NCBI RefSeq assembly: GCF_013122565.1
Contig: NZ_CP053258.1
Strand: one strand, 5' to 3'
DNA from: Escherichia coli
Lineage (GTDB): Bacteria; Pseudomonadota; Gammaproteobacteria; Enterobacterales; Enterobacteriaceae
DNA: 64,000 bases
In this document: positions 1 to 10,990 of the stretch, in pieces
Position numbering within the stretch: the stretch's first letter is position 1
How the letters are laid out: every line of letters begins with the position of its first letter
Notes under the pieces: generated by a model
What the model saw: only the letters and a program-made list of their open reading frames with translations
Databases searched by the model: none
Told to the model about the DNA's origin: nothing
Translations under genes and position numbers: made by a program

Positions 1-2160
1 GTTCGCCACACGAGTATTCTCTGCGCCTGGTGCTGCAATCAGAACGTTAGTTTCCCCCAGCGATTGCCCCAGGGTAATGCCCTGTGAATGGGCAACTAAA
101 CTGCCTGAAAGAGCGTAGTTCAGTTGTTGTTGACTGCCGTTATCGCTGTAGTTGTAGCCCACTCGGGCATCCGCAAACGCCCCTTTGTAATCCATGCTGG
201 CGCTACCATTAGCCGTTTTCCCCTCGCTGTTATATCCCTGTTGCACGCTGTAGCTCAGGTTACCGTCATCGAGTAGTGTCTCCGTTAAACCCAGGTTTTG
301 TGTAGTGTGCCCTTCGTTATCGATACTGGTGTTAGAGGTCATCCAGGCGTAATTTTTTTTCCTGGTATAGCTATCATTACTTCTGGGGAGCAACAGATTG
401 AGCGGCAGGGAAAAATTAAGTGCAAACACCTGATCAGCATCAGGTTGACCACGGGACTTACTGTAATTCCAGGAAACCCCTAGCGAGAGATCTTTAATTT
501 GCGTGTTGTAGCCAAACTGTAATAGCCGATCCTGTTGATCGGTATGCCAGTAAGTTTGCTGGCTACCACTTAAATAAAACGAACCGTACTCGCCTAATTG
601 CTGGGAGATATTGACCTGCAGTTTGCCACGTTTGGTGTAAAACAAATTGTAATAACGCGACCACATCGGCGTATCTTCATCATCACCGTCATTAAATTCG
701 TAGCCATCCATATGTTTATACATGGTGTCGGAAAGGGTGTAGAAACCCGACGTCGAATAGCGATAGCCCATCAATTGAAAGTTAGTACCCAATTGGTTGA
801 GCGTTTTGGCATACAGAAAACGATATGACTGACCTTTATGTTCGCTTTGGTCTGCCAGCGTACTCTTCGCCTGGGTCACATCGAACGAAATTGCTCCGAA
901 ATCGCCGAGGTTAAATCCCAGACCAAACATGGCGGCACGGTAATATTCAGCATATTGTCCACCACCATACCAGGTCGTTCCCCACGGTCCGCCCCACTGC
1001 AACGTGGCCTGGGCAAATTTGCTCTCCTGCTGTTCATTAGTATTGGTTCTGTATTTCGCCAGTGTCACCGCGTATTTGATTCGCCCCTGACGCTGGAGTA
1101 ATGGCACGCTGGAAAAGGGTACGCTGTAGCTATTGACGCTGCCGTCCGCTTCTTTGATTTCAACTAACAAATCACCGCTCGACGACGTGGAATAGAGATC
1201 ACTAATTTCAAAAGCACCAGGCGATACATAAGTTTGGTAAATGGTGTAACCATTTTGCTTAATCGTTATCTGGGCATTGCTTTTGGCGATACCACGCACC
1301 ACAGGCGCAAACCCTTTCAGGCTGTCTGGCAGCATGTTGTCATCTGACGCCAGCTGCACACCACGAAAGCTGACACTATCGAAAAAATCGCCTGCAGTAT
1401 AATCATCACCTACGGTCAGTTCGCCTTTCAGAGGAATAACCGCCCGTTGCAAATAGCTGCTGAGATTCTTCCATTCTGCGGTTTGGCCACTACTACGACT
1501 CCATGTTGAATTGTTGCGCAATCTCCATGGGCCTAAATTAACGCCACTGTTTAAATTCAGAAAATAGCTGTCGCCAGAATCACTGTCTGCGCTGCTATGA
1601 ATAGTGTTAGCCCCGCTAAACGAATATCCCAGTAATAGCGCGTTGATCCCTTCATCCCAACGTTCAGGGGGGACATAACCACGGGCATTACTTTTGATGG
1701 CAATTTGCGGTACTGAAATTTCCAGACGGAGTTTATTCACATTAAAAGTTACGCTGGCATCCGGAATAATCTCCGCCAATGGCGCACACGCTTGTTTGTC
1801 CAGTTGTTTAAAAGCCGGAAACGCATCAGTATTCACACCCATTGCATCCAGGCTTTCAGTCGTCAAACAGGCGGCAATCCCCTTCTCTGGCGTTATCTCA
1901 ACAAAATTGACGTTGCGCGTATCTACAATTGTCTGATTCAGAACAATATCGACTCGATAAACCCCTGGCGTTATTTTTTGCCCTTTTTCGAAACGGGACA
2001 AATCGGCCACCATTGAGGGATCATCTTTGAAAAAAGCTGGATCGAACCAGGTTTCAGCTTGTGCATTGAACGCTGCCGACACAAACACCACCAGCCCACC
2101 AATAAACGATGGCACTCCTCCAGAGCATAACAGGCTGTGTTGTCGGTGAGTTCTATACAT
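1..2160 (-). CDS. elfC: Fimbrial outer-membrane usher ElfC (YcbS); partial, 720 N-terminal codons present, 3' end lies beyond window start
   Basis: Reverse-strand frame read open from ATG at 2160 (MYRTHRQHSLLSSGGVPSFIGG...) to position 1; sits directly downstream of chaperone and subunit genes; only short ORFs on the opposite strand. Confidence 0.85.
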   Translation of the reverse strand, partial: MYRTHRQHSLLCSGGVPSFIGGLVVFVSAAFNAQAETWFDPAFFKDDPSMVADLSRFEKGQKITPGVYRVDIVLNQTIVDTRNVNFVEITPEKGIAACLTTESLDAMGVNTDAFPAFKQLDKQACAPLAEIIPDASVTFNVNKLRLEISVPQIAIKSNARGYVPPERWDEGINALLLGYSFSGANTIHSSADSDSGDSYFLNLNSGVNLGPWRLRNNSTWSRSSGQTAEWKNLSSYLQRAVIPLKGELTVGDDYTAGDFFDSVSFRGVQLASDDNMLPDSLKGFAPVVRGIAKSNAQITIKQNGYTIYQTYVSPGAFEISDLYSTSSSGDLLVEIKEADGSVNSYSVPFSSVPLLQRQGRIKYAVTLAKYRTNTNEQQESKFAQATLQWGGPWGTTWYGGGQYAEYYRAAMFGLGFNLGDFGAISFDVTQAKSTLADQSEHKGQSYRFLYAKTLNQLGTNFQLMGYRYSTSGFYTLSDTMYKHMDGYEFNDGDDEDTPMWSRYYNLFYTKRGKLQVNISQQLGEYGSFYLSGSQQTYWHTDQQDRLLQFGYNTQIKDLSLGVSWNYSKSRGQPDADQVFALNFSLPLNLLLPRSNDSYTRKKNYAWMTSNTSIDNEGHTTQNLGLTETLLDDGNLSYSVQQGYNSEGKTANGSASMDYKGAFADARVGYNYSDNGSQQQLNYALSGSLVAHSQGITLGQSLGETNVLIAAPGAENTRVAN

Positions 2161-2184
2161 CTCGCTCTCTTAACTGAAGACGTC

Positions 2185-2886
2185 TTACGATTTACAGTTG
2201 AGTTGCGGCGTTTCCGCCCCGTAGTCATTGATAGTTCGGTACGTTACGCTGCTGCTTTGTGCTCCCTTTGGCAGAGAGAATTGGTATTTATCAAAGGGAG
2301 AAATCATTTGATTTTTAACTACTTTTCCACCAATTTTCAGGTCTGTCAGGGTAATGAAATAAGGTGTTGGGTTACTGACCGTAACCATGTCAGCTGACGA
2401 AGTGCAACGCAGTTTCGCCGGAGCCTCGGCTAAGGGATACGCTAAACCTTTTGGTCGCCAGAAAAGTTTGATGACGCTTTGTGTGGCAATCTTCAGGGTA
2501 TTTCCCTCTTCCCGCTTCGTTGTTGAAGGGACTGCCCGTACGCTAGTGAAGAAAAGGGTTTCTCTGTCTTTCGGCAACGGCGCGCCAATGTACATAATGC
2601 GTAACAGATTCTCATTTGCCGGATTCAGCACAAATAGCGGTGGTGTAATAATAAAGTCTGCTGATTTTTTATTATCTGGGGTCATCACCCATGACTGAAT
2701 AAGATAAGGAACATCCGGACTGGTGTTACGTACACCCAGTGAAATTTGCTCTTCACCTTCTGAATAAACAAGACGTGTTGCTGCAAGTCCAATCCCGCCT
2801 TTACCTGCCGCCCATGCGGATGAGCAGCTGAGCAATATTGCCGTTAAACTTACGGTCACAATTCCCTTTGTTATGCAAGTTTTCAT
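2185..2886 (-). CDS. elfD: Periplasmic fimbrial chaperone ElfD (YcbR)
   Basis: 233-aa ORF with signal peptide and PapD-like chaperone sequence (…RIMYIGAPLPKDRETLFF…). Confidence 0.9.
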   Translation of the reverse strand: MKTCITKGIVTVSLTAILLSCSSAWAAGKGGIGLAATRLVYSEGEEQISLGVRNTSPDVPYLIQSWVMTPDNKKSADFIITPPLFVLNPANENLLRIMYIGAPLPKDRETLFFTSVRAVPSTTKREEGNTLKIATQSVIKLFWRPKGLAYPLAEAPAKLRCTSSADMVTVSNPTPYFITLTDLKIGGKVVKNQMISPFDKYQFSLPKGAQSSSVTYRTINDYGAETPQLNCKS

Positions 2887-2968
2887 AAATAGTCACTCTT
2901 AAAAAATATGAATATCCCCTCCAGAACACTGGAGGGGTACTAATTAATAAAACAATTAATGAGTTCTA

Positions 2969-3508
2969 TTAATAATAGTTAATATGGAAATTTGTTACCG
3001 CATTCACATTACCAGAAGTCGCTTTCCCCGTAGCGATATAATCAACTTTAAAAGTCAACGTCTGATCTCCATCTTGCAACAAAATGTTCCCGGTTTCTGT
3101 GTCTGGCGTGATGGCCGTTCTACCATCATTCATATACATTTGCAGGGCCACGTTTGTAGCAGCATCAGATGAGGCCTGGTTAGCAAACGCTGTAATCTGA
3201 GTAGTATCCGCAGTGCCATTAAAGGTGAACGTTGCATTTTTTGTTACGGTAGTATCACAATCTTTTAATTCAATTGGCACATCAGTTTGCACGCCAGAAA
3301 CCTGACCATTGGTTTGCAACTTCGTGGCACTAACATCTGGCAAAGTCACCACGGAATCTTTCGTCGCAGCGACCAGAGTACAAGCTGGAGCAATAACTTT
3401 ACCATTAAATGTTACTGAGCCATCCGTGATAGCATTATCATCAGCAGCCATAACGCTGGACGTTGCACATACCACAGTTATAAACGCCGTCAATACACTT
3501 TTTTTCAT
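2969..3508 (-). CDS. elfA: Fimbrial major subunit ElfA (YcbQ)
   Basis: ORF 2969..3517; start placed at MKKSVLTAFITVVCATSSVMA signal peptide (179 aa); fimbrillin-like. Confidence 0.88.
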   Translation of the reverse strand: MKKSVLTAFITVVCATSSVMAADDNAITDGSVTFNGKVIAPACTLVAATKDSVVTLPDVSATKLQTNGQVSGVQTDVPIELKDCDTTVTKNATFTFNGTADTTQITAFANQASSDAATNVALQMYMNDGRTAITPDTETGNILLQDGDQTLTFKVDYIATGKATSGNVNAVTNFHINYY

Positions 3509-3863
3509 CGTTATCATCCTGATCTCTTCGTAAATATGATAATGCCTTTAAATGACATTAGACTTAATAATAACAATAATTGTCCGCCATTTAAATCAAG
3601 CATACTAAATCCAATAAGTGACAAATCTTTAATTTATAGATTTCATGAATATTTAAATATTAACTGAACGAGTAATTCATTGATTCAACATCTAATGACT
3701 ATCCAATAAATCAATATGCGTGATATATAAAGCCCTTTCTTTAGTTTATTTTCAGAAAAAGATACACAAAATTTATATTTGGCATTTTCTTGTCTCTCCG
3801 ACAGACTGACCGAATTGTTATCAATGTTAACAAAAAAAGAACAATTGGTTATAAGGAGAGAGT

Positions 3864-4439
3864 ATGCGTGTCATCACCCTGGCGGGTAGTCCTCGCTTTC
3901 CTTCTCGCTCCAGCTCCTTGCTGGAATATGCGCGGGAAAAACTAAATGGCCTGGATGTAGAGGTTTATCACTGGAATCTGCAAAACTTCGCCCCGGAAGA
4001 TCTACTTTATGCTCGTTTCGATAGTCCGGCACTCAAGACCTTCACCGAACAGCTGCAACAGGCCGATGGGCTGATTGTCGCCACGCCTGTGTATAAAACC
4101 GCCTATTCCGGTGCGCTGAAAACCCTGCTCGACCTGCTGCCAGAACGCGCTTTGCAAGGCAAAGTGGTGCTACCGCTGGCGACGGGCGGTACGGTGGCTC
4201 ATCTGCTGGCGGTCGATTATGCCCTTAAGCCAGTTTTAAGTACGATGAAAGCCCAGGAGATCCTGCACGGCGTGTTTGCCGATGACTCACAAGTTATTGA
4301 TTACCATCACAAACCCCAGTTCACGCCAAATCTGCAAACCCGTCTTGATACCGCGCTAGAAACTTTCTGGCAGGCATTGCACCGCCGCGATGTTCAGGTT
4401 CCTGACCTTCTGTCTCTGCGAGGTAATGTCCATGCGTAA
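3864..4439 (+). CDS. ssuE: NADPH-dependent FMN reductase SsuE
   Basis: 191-aa ORF MRVITLAGSPRFPSRSS…; first gene of sulfonate-sulfur utilisation operon. Confidence 0.95.
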   Translation: MRVITLAGSPRFPSRSSSLLEYAREKLNGLDVEVYHWNLQNFAPEDLLYARFDSPALKTFTEQLQQADGLIVATPVYKTAYSGALKTLLDLLPERALQGKVVLPLATGGTVAHLLAVDYALKPVLSTMKAQEILHGVFADDSQVIDYHHKPQFTPNLQTRLDTALETFWQALHRRDVQVPDLLSLRGNVHA

Positions 4440-5391
4440 CATCATTAAACTGGCGCTGGCGGGATTGCTTAGCGTCTCTACGATTGTGGTTGCTGCAGAA
4501 TCCTCGCCTGAAGCGTTAAGGATTGGCTATCAGAAAAGCAATATCAGTTCTGTGCTGGCGAAAAATTACCAAATGCTGGAAAAACGCTATCCGCAAACAA
4601 AAATCTCGTGGGTGGAGTTTCCCGCGGGACCGCAAATGTTGGAAGCGTTAAACGTTGGCAGTATTGATCTCGGCAGTACCGGGGATATTCCGCCAATCTT
4701 TGCCCAGGCTGCCGGGGCTGATTTGGTATATGTGGGCGTCGAGCCACCGAAGCCCAAAGCCGAAGTGATTCTGGTGGCAGAAAACAGCCCGATCAAAACC
4801 GTAGCCGATCTTAAAGGTCACAAAGTTGCCTTTCAGAAAGGTTCCAGTTCACACAACCTTTTACTGCGTGCACTGCGTCAGGCCGGACTTAAGTTTACCG
4901 ATATACAACCCACTTACCTGACACCCGCTGATGCCCGCGCCGCGTTCCAGCAAGGTAACGTTGACGCCTGGGCTATCTGGGATCCCTACTACTCTGCTGC
5001 ATTATTACAGGGCGGCGTGCGGGTGTTGAAAGACGGCACCGATCTCAATCAAACCGGATCGTTTTATCTGGCAGCTCGCCCCTATGCAGAAAAAAACGGC
5101 GCTTTTATTCAGGGCGTACTGGCAACTTTCAGCAAGGCTGATGCGTTAACTCGCAGCCAGCGTGAGCAAAGCATCGCTTTACTGGCCAAAACAATGGGTT
5201 TACCGGCACCGGTGATTGCCTCGTATCTGGATCATCGTCCTCCCACCACCATCAAACCGGTGAGCGCTGAAGTTGCCGCCTTACAGCAGCAAACGGCAGA
5301 TCTGTTTTATGAAAACCGTCTGGTGCCGAAAAAAGTCGATATTCGCCAGCGCATCTGGCAGCCCACTCAACTGGAAGGAAAACAATTATGA
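4432..5391 (+). CDS. ssuA: Aliphatic sulfonate ABC transporter periplasmic binding protein SsuA
   Basis: ORF 4390..5391; start chosen at [21 protein letters not shown] signal peptide (319 aa); overlaps ssuE stop by 8 nt. Confidence 0.93.
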   Translation: MRNIIKLALAGLLSVSTIVVAAESSPEALRIGYQKSNISSVLAKNYQMLEKRYPQTKISWVEFPAGPQMLEALNVGSIDLGSTGDIPPIFAQAAGADLVYVGVEPPKPKAEVILVAENSPIKTVADLKGHKVAFQKGSSSHNLLLRALRQAGLKFTDIQPTYLTPADARAAFQQGNVDAWAIWDPYYSAALLQGGVRVLKDGTDLNQTGSFYLAARPYAEKNGAFIQGVLATFSKADALTRSQREQSIALLAKTMGLPAPVIASYLDHRPPTTIKPVSAEVAALQQQTADLFYENRLVPKKVDIRQRIWQPTQLEGKQL

Positions 5392-6533
5392 GTCTGAATA
5401 TGTTCTGGTTTTTACCGACCCACGGTGACGGGCACTATCTGGGAACGGAAGAAGGTTCACGCCCGGTTGATCACGGTTATCTGCAACAAATTGCGCAAGC
5501 GGCGGATCGTCTGGGTTATACCGGTGTGCTGATCCCAACGGGGCGCTCCTGCGAAGATGCGTGGCTGGTGGCGGCGTCGATGATCCCGGTGACGCAGCGG
5601 CTGAAGTTTCTTGTCGCCCTGCGCCCCAGCGTAACCTCACCTACCGTTGCCGCTCGCCAGGCCGCCACGCTTGACCGTCTCTCAAATGGTCGTGCGTTGT
5701 TTAATCTGGTCACAGGCAGCGATCCACAAGAGCTGGCAGGCGACGGCGTGTTCCTTGATCATAGCGAGCGCTACGAAGCCTCGGCGGAATTTACCCAGGT
5801 CTGGCGGCGCTTATTGCTGGGGGAAACCGTCGATTTCAACGGTAAACATATTCATGTGCGGGGAGCCAAACTGCTCTTCCCGCCGATTCAACAGCCGTAT
5901 CCTCCGCTTTACTTTGGCGGATCGTCAGACGTCGCCCAGGAGCTGGCGGCAGAACAAGTTGATCTCTACCTCACCTGGGGCGAACCGCCAGAACTGGTTA
6001 AAGAGAAAATCGAACAAGTGCGGGCGAAAGCTGCCGCGCATGGACGCAAAATTCGTTTCGGTATTCGTCTGCATGTGATTGTTCGTGAAACCAACGACGA
6101 AGCGTGGCAGGCCGCCGAGCGGTTAATCTCGCATCTTGATGATGAAACTATCGCCAAAGCACAGGCCGCATTCGCCCGGACGGATTCCGTAGGACAACAG
6201 CGAATGGCGGCGTTACATAATGGCAAGCGCGACAATCTGGAGATCAGCCCCAATTTATGGGCGGGCGTTGGCTTAGTGCGCGGCGGTGCCGGGACGGCGC
6301 TGGTGGGCGATGGTCCTACGGTCGCTGCGCGAATCAACGAATACGCTGCACTTGGCATCGACAGCTTTGTGCTTTCGGGCTACCCGCATCTGGAAGAAGC
6401 GTATCGGGTCGGCGAGTTACTGTTCCCGCATCTGGATGTCGCCATTCCGGAAATTCCCCAGCCGCAGCCGCTGAATCCGCAAGGCGAAGCGGTGGCAAAT
6501 GATTTTATCCCCCGTAAAGTCGCGCAAAGCTAA
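5388..6533 (+). CDS. ssuD: FMNH2-dependent alkanesulfonate monooxygenase SsuD
   Basis: 381-aa [22 protein letters not shown]…; ATGA overlap with ssuA. Confidence 0.95.
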   Translation: MSLNMFWFLPTHGDGHYLGTEEGSRPVDHGYLQQIAQAADRLGYTGVLIPTGRSCEDAWLVAASMIPVTQRLKFLVALRPSVTSPTVAARQAATLDRLSNGRALFNLVTGSDPQELAGDGVFLDHSERYEASAEFTQVWRRLLLGETVDFNGKHIHVRGAKLLFPPIQQPYPPLYFGGSSDVAQELAAEQVDLYLTWGEPPELVKEKIEQVRAKAAAHGRKIRFGIRLHVIVRETNDEAWQAAERLISHLDDETIAKAQAAFARTDSVGQQRMAALHNGKRDNLEISPNLWAGVGLVRGGAGTALVGDGPTVAARINEYAALGIDSFVLSGYPHLEEAYRVGELLFPHLDVAIPEIPQPQPLNPQGEAVANDFIPRKVAQS

Positions 6534-6543
6534 GGAAGAAATA

Positions 6544-7335
6544 ATGGCAACGCCAGTGAAGAAGTGGTTATTGCGCGTTGCCCCCTGGTTTTTACCGGTG
6601 GGCATCGTGGCGGTGTGGCAACTGGCCTCCTCAGTTGGCTGGCTGTCGACGCGTATTTTGCCCTCACCGGAAGGGGTGGTGATGGCGTTCTGGACGCTCT
6701 CCGCCAGCGGCGAACTGTGGCAGCATCTGGCGATCAGCACCTGGCGGGCGCTGATTGGCTTTTCAATTGGCGGATCGCTGGGCTTGATTCTGGGACTGAT
6801 TAGCGGGCTGTCACGCTGGGGAGAACGGCTGCTGGATACCTCCATTCAGATGTTGCGCAACGTGCCGCATCTGGCGCTGATCCCGCTGGTGATTTTGTGG
6901 TTTGGCATTGATGAATCCGCAAAAATCTTTCTGGTGGCGCTCGGTACGCTATTCCCCATTTATATCAACACCTGGCACGGCATCCGTAATATCGATCGCG
7001 GGTTGGTGGAAATGGCGCGTAGCTATGGATTATCCGGCATACCGCTGTTTATCCATGTGATCCTGCCTGGTGCCCTGCCCTCAATTATGGTCGGCGTGCG
7101 TTTTGCGTTGGGCCTGATGTGGCTGACGCTGATTGTTGCCGAAACCATTTCTGCCAATTCAGGCATTGGTTATCTGGCGATGAATGCGCGGGAGTTTTTG
7201 CAAACGGACGTGGTGGTAGTCGCTATTATTCTTTACGCCTTGCTCGGCAAACTTGCTGACGTCAGCGCGCAGCTGTTAGAGCGCCTCTGGTTGCGCTGGA
7301 ATCCGGCTTATCATTTGAAGGAGGCCACGGTATGA
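6544..7335 (+). CDS. ssuC: Aliphatic sulfonate ABC transporter permease SsuC
   Basis: ORF 6499..7335; start at [19 protein letters not shown] (263 aa); multi-TM permease. Confidence 0.92.
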
Positions 7336-8099
7336 ATACTGCTCGTCTGAACCAGGGCACGCCATTGTTGCTCAATGCAGTAAGCAAACATTACGCGGAA
7401 AATATCGTCCTGAACCAACTGGATTTACATATTCCGGCAGGTCAGTTTGTGGCGGTGGTGGGCCGCAGCGGTGGTGGCAAAAGTACCCTGCTGCGCCTGC
7501 TGGCAGGGCTGGAAACGCCAACCGCTGGCGATGTGTTAGCGGGCACCACACCGCTGGCTGAAATTCAGGAAGACACGCGAATGATGTTTCAGGATGCGCG
7601 TCTGCTGCCGTGGAAATCGGTGATTGATAACGTTGGGTTAGGCCTTAAAGGCCAGTGGCGCGATGCCGCGCGTCGGGCGTTGGCTGCGGTAGGACTGGAG
7701 AATCGCGCCGGGGAATGGCCTGCCGCACTTTCAGGCGGGCAGAAACAGCGAGTGGCGCTGGCAAGAGCATTGATTCATCGACCGGGTTTATTGTTGCTTG
7801 ATGAACCGCTCGGGGCACTGGACGCCTTAACGCGACTCGAGATGCAGGATTTGATTGTGTCACTTTGGCAGGAGCACGGCTTTACCGTACTGTTGGTGAC
7901 GCATGATGTGAGCGAAGCGGTAGCAATGGCTGACCGGGTGTTATTAATTGAAGAGGGAAAAATTGGTCTGGATTTGACAGTGGATATCCCCCGTCCGCGC
8001 CGGTTAGGGTCAGTGCGATTAGCGGAGCTGGAAGCGGAAGTGTTGCAAAGGGTGATGCAGCGTGGTGAATCTGAAACTCGCCTGAGAAAACAGGGATAA
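7332..8099 (+). CDS. ssuB: Aliphatic sulfonate ABC transporter ATPase SsuB
   Basis: 255-aa ORF with Walker [10 protein letters not shown] and ABC signature LSGGQKQR; ATGA overlap with ssuC. Confidence 0.95.
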
Positions 8100-8104
8100 A
8101 TTCC

Positions 8105-8143
8105 CCGAATGGCGGCGCTATTGCCGCCATTCGGTTATTTATT
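8105..8143 (+). terminator. Rho-independent terminator after ssuB (hairpin shared with convergent pepN)
   Basis: 12-bp perfect stem CCGAATGGCGGC / GCCGCCATTCGG with 6-nt loop, followed by TTATTTATT. Confidence 0.6.
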
Positions 8144-10754
8144 AAGCCAGTGCTTTGGTGATCTTCTCGTACAGATCGCCAGAGAGATTTTCCAGCCCTT
8201 TCAACTGTTCCAGCGCCGCGCGCATTTTCTCCTGACGTTTGGCATCATAACGTTTCAGGCGAATCAGCGGTTCAATCAGACGTGAAGCTACCTGCGGGTT
8301 ACGGCTGTTGAGGTCGGTAAGCATTTCCACCAGGAACTGGTAACCGCTGCCATCTTCGGCATGGAACGCTGCCGGGTTGCTGCCCGCAAACGCACCAATC
8401 AACGAACGAATACGGTTCGGGTTGCTCATGGTAAATGAGCGATGCTGCAACAGACCACGCACCGTCTCCAGCACATTCGCCGCCGGGCTGGTGGCTTGCA
8501 GGATAAACCATTTATCCATCACCAGACCATCCTGATGCCACTTGTCGTCGTACTCCTGCATCAGCGCGTCACGGCAAGGCAGCTGTGCAGCAACCGCCGC
8601 AGAAAGCGCTGCCAGCGCATCGGTCATATTGTTTGCTTCATGGTATTGCTTGCTCACCAGCACGTCAGCCAGATGCGTTTCACCAAAAGCAAGGAAGCGC
8701 AGGCAGGCATTACGCAGAGTGCGTTTTGCAATATCTTCATGCTCAACACGGTACTCGCTCTGGTAATTCGCGTTGTAAATAGCCAGGAGCTCATCCGCCA
8801 GTTCAGTCGCCAGAGTACGAGTGAGTGCTTCGCGTACTTCGGCAATAGCAATCGGGTCGATGATATCGAACAGTTCAGCCATTTCATTGACAGAAGGCAG
8901 CGTCAGGATTTCTGCCGCCAGCGCCGGATCAATCTTCTCATCGAGCAGCACCGCGCGGAAAGCGTCAGCCACATGTACCGGCAGAGACAGCGGCTGCCCT
9001 TGCTGATGACGGGCGACGTTCAGCTTGATGTAGGTTGCCAGCAAACTTTGCGCCGCATCCCAACGGGAGAAATCATTACGCGCATGACGCATCAGGAAGG
9101 TCAGTTGCTGATCGCTCCACTTATATTCCAGTTTCACTGGCGCAGAGAATTCGCACAGCAGCGCAGGCACCGGCTGGAAGTAGACATTATCAAAAACAAA
9201 GGTCTGTTCCGCCTGAGTGACGTTCAGCACGGAATTCACCGGATGACCGCCTTTCTGCAACGGGATCACTTTGCCTTCGTTATCATACAGTTCGATGGCA
9301 AACGGAATATGCAGCGGCTGTTTTTCTGCCTGATCCGGCGTGGCTGGCGTGCGCTGGCTGATGGTCAGGGTGTACTGCTCGGTTTCCGGATTGTAGTCGT
9401 CTTTGACGGTCACAACCGGCGTACCGGACTGGCTGTACCAACGGCGGAAATGGGAGAGATCGACATTCGACGCATCTTCCATCGCCTGCACAAAGTCGTC
9501 GCAGGTTGCCGCGCTACCATCATGGCGCTCGAAATAGAGTTGCATCCCTTTCTGGAAGTTTTCCTCGCCAAGCAGGGTGTGGATCATGCGAATCACTTCC
9601 GCGCCCTTCTCGTAAACGGTCAGGGTGTAGAAGTTGTTCATCTCAATGACCATATCCGGGCGGATTGGGTGCGCCATCGGGCTGGCGTCTTCCGCAAACT
9701 GCAATCCGCGCATGGTGCGCACATTATTGATGCGGTTAACTGCACGGGAACCAAGGTCAGAGCTGAATTCCTGATCGCGGAAGACGGTTAAACCTTCTTT
9801 CAGGCTGAGCTGGAACCAGTCGCGGCAGGTCACTCGGTTACCGGTCCAGTTATGGAAATATTCATGGCCGATAACGCGTTCAATATCGAGGTAATCTTTG
9901 TCGGTGGCAGTATCGGTGCGGGCCAGCACATATTTGGAGTTAAAGATATTCAGCCCCTTATTCTCCATTGCGCCCATATTGAAGAAATCCACCGCGACGA
10001 TCATATAGATGTCGAGGTCATACTCCAGGCCAAAGCGTTCTTCATCCCATTTCATGGAGTTTTTCAGCGAGGTCATCGCCCACGGCGCGCGATCAAGGTT
10101 GCCGCGATCGACGTACAGCTCCAGTGCTACTTCGCGACCAGAACGCGTGGTAAAGGTATCGCGCAGTACATCAAAGTCGCCTGCCACCAGCGCAAACAGG
10201 TAGCACGGTTTCGGGAACGGGTCCTGCCACTGTACCCAATGACGTCCGTTTTCCAGTTCGCCTTGTGCAACGCGGTTACCGTTGGAAAGCAGGAAGGGAT
10301 ATTTGGTTTTATCGGCAATAATTTTGGTGGTAAAACGAGCCAGTACGTCCGGGCGGTCGAGATAATACGTAATGTGGCGGAAACCTTCGGCTTCACACTG
10401 GGTGCAAAGCGCATCGCCTGACTGATAAAGCCCTTCCAGCGCCGTATTCGCCGCCGGGCTTATTTCATTAATGATCTTAAGCGTAAAACGCTCCGGCAAA
10501 TTACTGATGACCAGTGCGCCCTCTTCTTCTTTCCAGGCGGTCCACGGCTCATCATTAATATGAACAGAAACCAGTTTGAGGTCTTCGCCGTTGAGACGAA
10601 GCGGAGCATCTGATGCACCATGACGGACAGCCTGGCTGACCGCGGTAACGACCGTCTTTTGCGCGTCGAGGTCAAAGGTCAAGTCAATATCAGTAATCTG
10701 GTAATCCGGCGCACGATAATCGTGACGGTATTTGGCTTGTGGCTGTTGAGTCAT
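8142..10754 (-). CDS. pepN: Aminopeptidase N
   Basis: 870-aa ORF MTQQPQAKYRHDYRAPDYQITD…; M1 zinc motif HEYFHNW…E present. Confidence 0.97.
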   Translation of the reverse strand: MTQQPQAKYRHDYRAPDYQITDIDLTFDLDAQKTVVTAVSQAVRHGASDAPLRLNGEDLKLVSVHINDEPWTAWKEEEGALVISNLPERFTLKIINEISPAANTALEGLYQSGDALCTQCEAEGFRHITYYLDRPDVLARFTTKIIADKTKYPFLLSNGNRVAQGELENGRHWVQWQDPFPKPCYLFALVAGDFDVLRDTFTTRSGREVALELYVDRGNLDRAPWAMTSLKNSMKWDEERFGLEYDLDIYMIVAVDFFNMGAMENKGLNIFNSKYVLARTDTATDKDYLDIERVIGHEYFHNWTGNRVTCRDWFQLSLKEGLTVFRDQEFSSDLGSRAVNRINNVRTMRGLQFAEDASPMAHPIRPDMVIEMNNFYTLTVYEKGAEVIRMIHTLLGEENFQKGMQLYFERHDGSAATCDDFVQAMEDASNVDLSHFRRWYSQSGTPVVTVKDDYNPETEQYTLTISQRTPATPDQAEKQPLHIPFAIELYDNEGKVIPLQKGGHPVNSVLNVTQAEQTFVFDNVYFQPVPALLCEFSAPVKLEYKWSDQQLTFLMRHARNDFSRWDAAQSLLATYIKLNVARHQQGQPLSLPVHVADAFRAVLLDEKIDPALAAEILTLPSVNEMAELFDIIDPIAIAEVREALTRTLATELADELLAIYNANYQSEYRVEHEDIAKRTLRNACLRFLAFGETHLADVLVSKQYHEANNMTDALAALSAAVAAQLPCRDALMQEYDDKWHQDGLVMDKWFILQATSPAANVLETVRGLLQHRSFTMSNPNRIRSLIGAFAGSNPAAFHAEDGSGYQFLVEMLTDLNSRNPQVASRLIEPLIRLKRYDAKRQEKMRAALEQLKGLENLSGDLYEKITKALA

Positions 10755-10972
10755 AAATAACCTTTAGCATCTTTTATAGAGTCTGGTGTTCAGTCTATTC
10801 CTGTTGCGTAAATCGCGCTATGCAGAATCTTCATCTTTTCAGGTACAAACGCCTTTATTGCTACATTTTTATAACATACACCGCGTAATGCCATCGACCA
10901 GAAAGGTGGCATATGGTGTGATCGGGGTTCAATAAATTGCGAAACAAGGTATACTCCAGCAGTTCCTGAAGA

Positions 10973-10990
10973 TGTTTATTGTACTAAACG
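10973..10990 (+). promoter_or_regulatory. Putative NadR operator in pncB leader
   Basis: TGTTTA-ttgtac-TAAACg matches the NadR box TGTTTA-N6-TAAACA; lies 30 nt upstream of the pncB start codon, just downstream of a TATACT -10-like hexamer (10950..10955). Confidence 0.5.

Noticed and set aside
298-2016. Several 60-90-aa plus-strand ORFs at the left edge (298..483, 598..828, 838..1101, 1694..1936, 1792..2016)
   Set aside because: They lie antisense to the continuous elfC usher frame and have no start signals; treated as spurious.
1971-2228. 85-aa minus-strand ORF overlapping the elfD-elfC junction
   Set aside because: It is out of frame with elfC, whose ATG at 2160 gives an uninterrupted usher frame, and it starts inside the elfD 3' region; not a separate gene.
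8442-9791. 449-aa plus-strand ORF inside pepN, and similar long antisense ORFs inside rpsA (38032..39171), dmsA (59073..60029), mukB (20468..21202, 24026..24502) and ompF (14435..15223)
   Set aside because: Same explanation: antisense frames of strongly codon-biased genes. Each lies wholly within a well-supported gene on the other strand.
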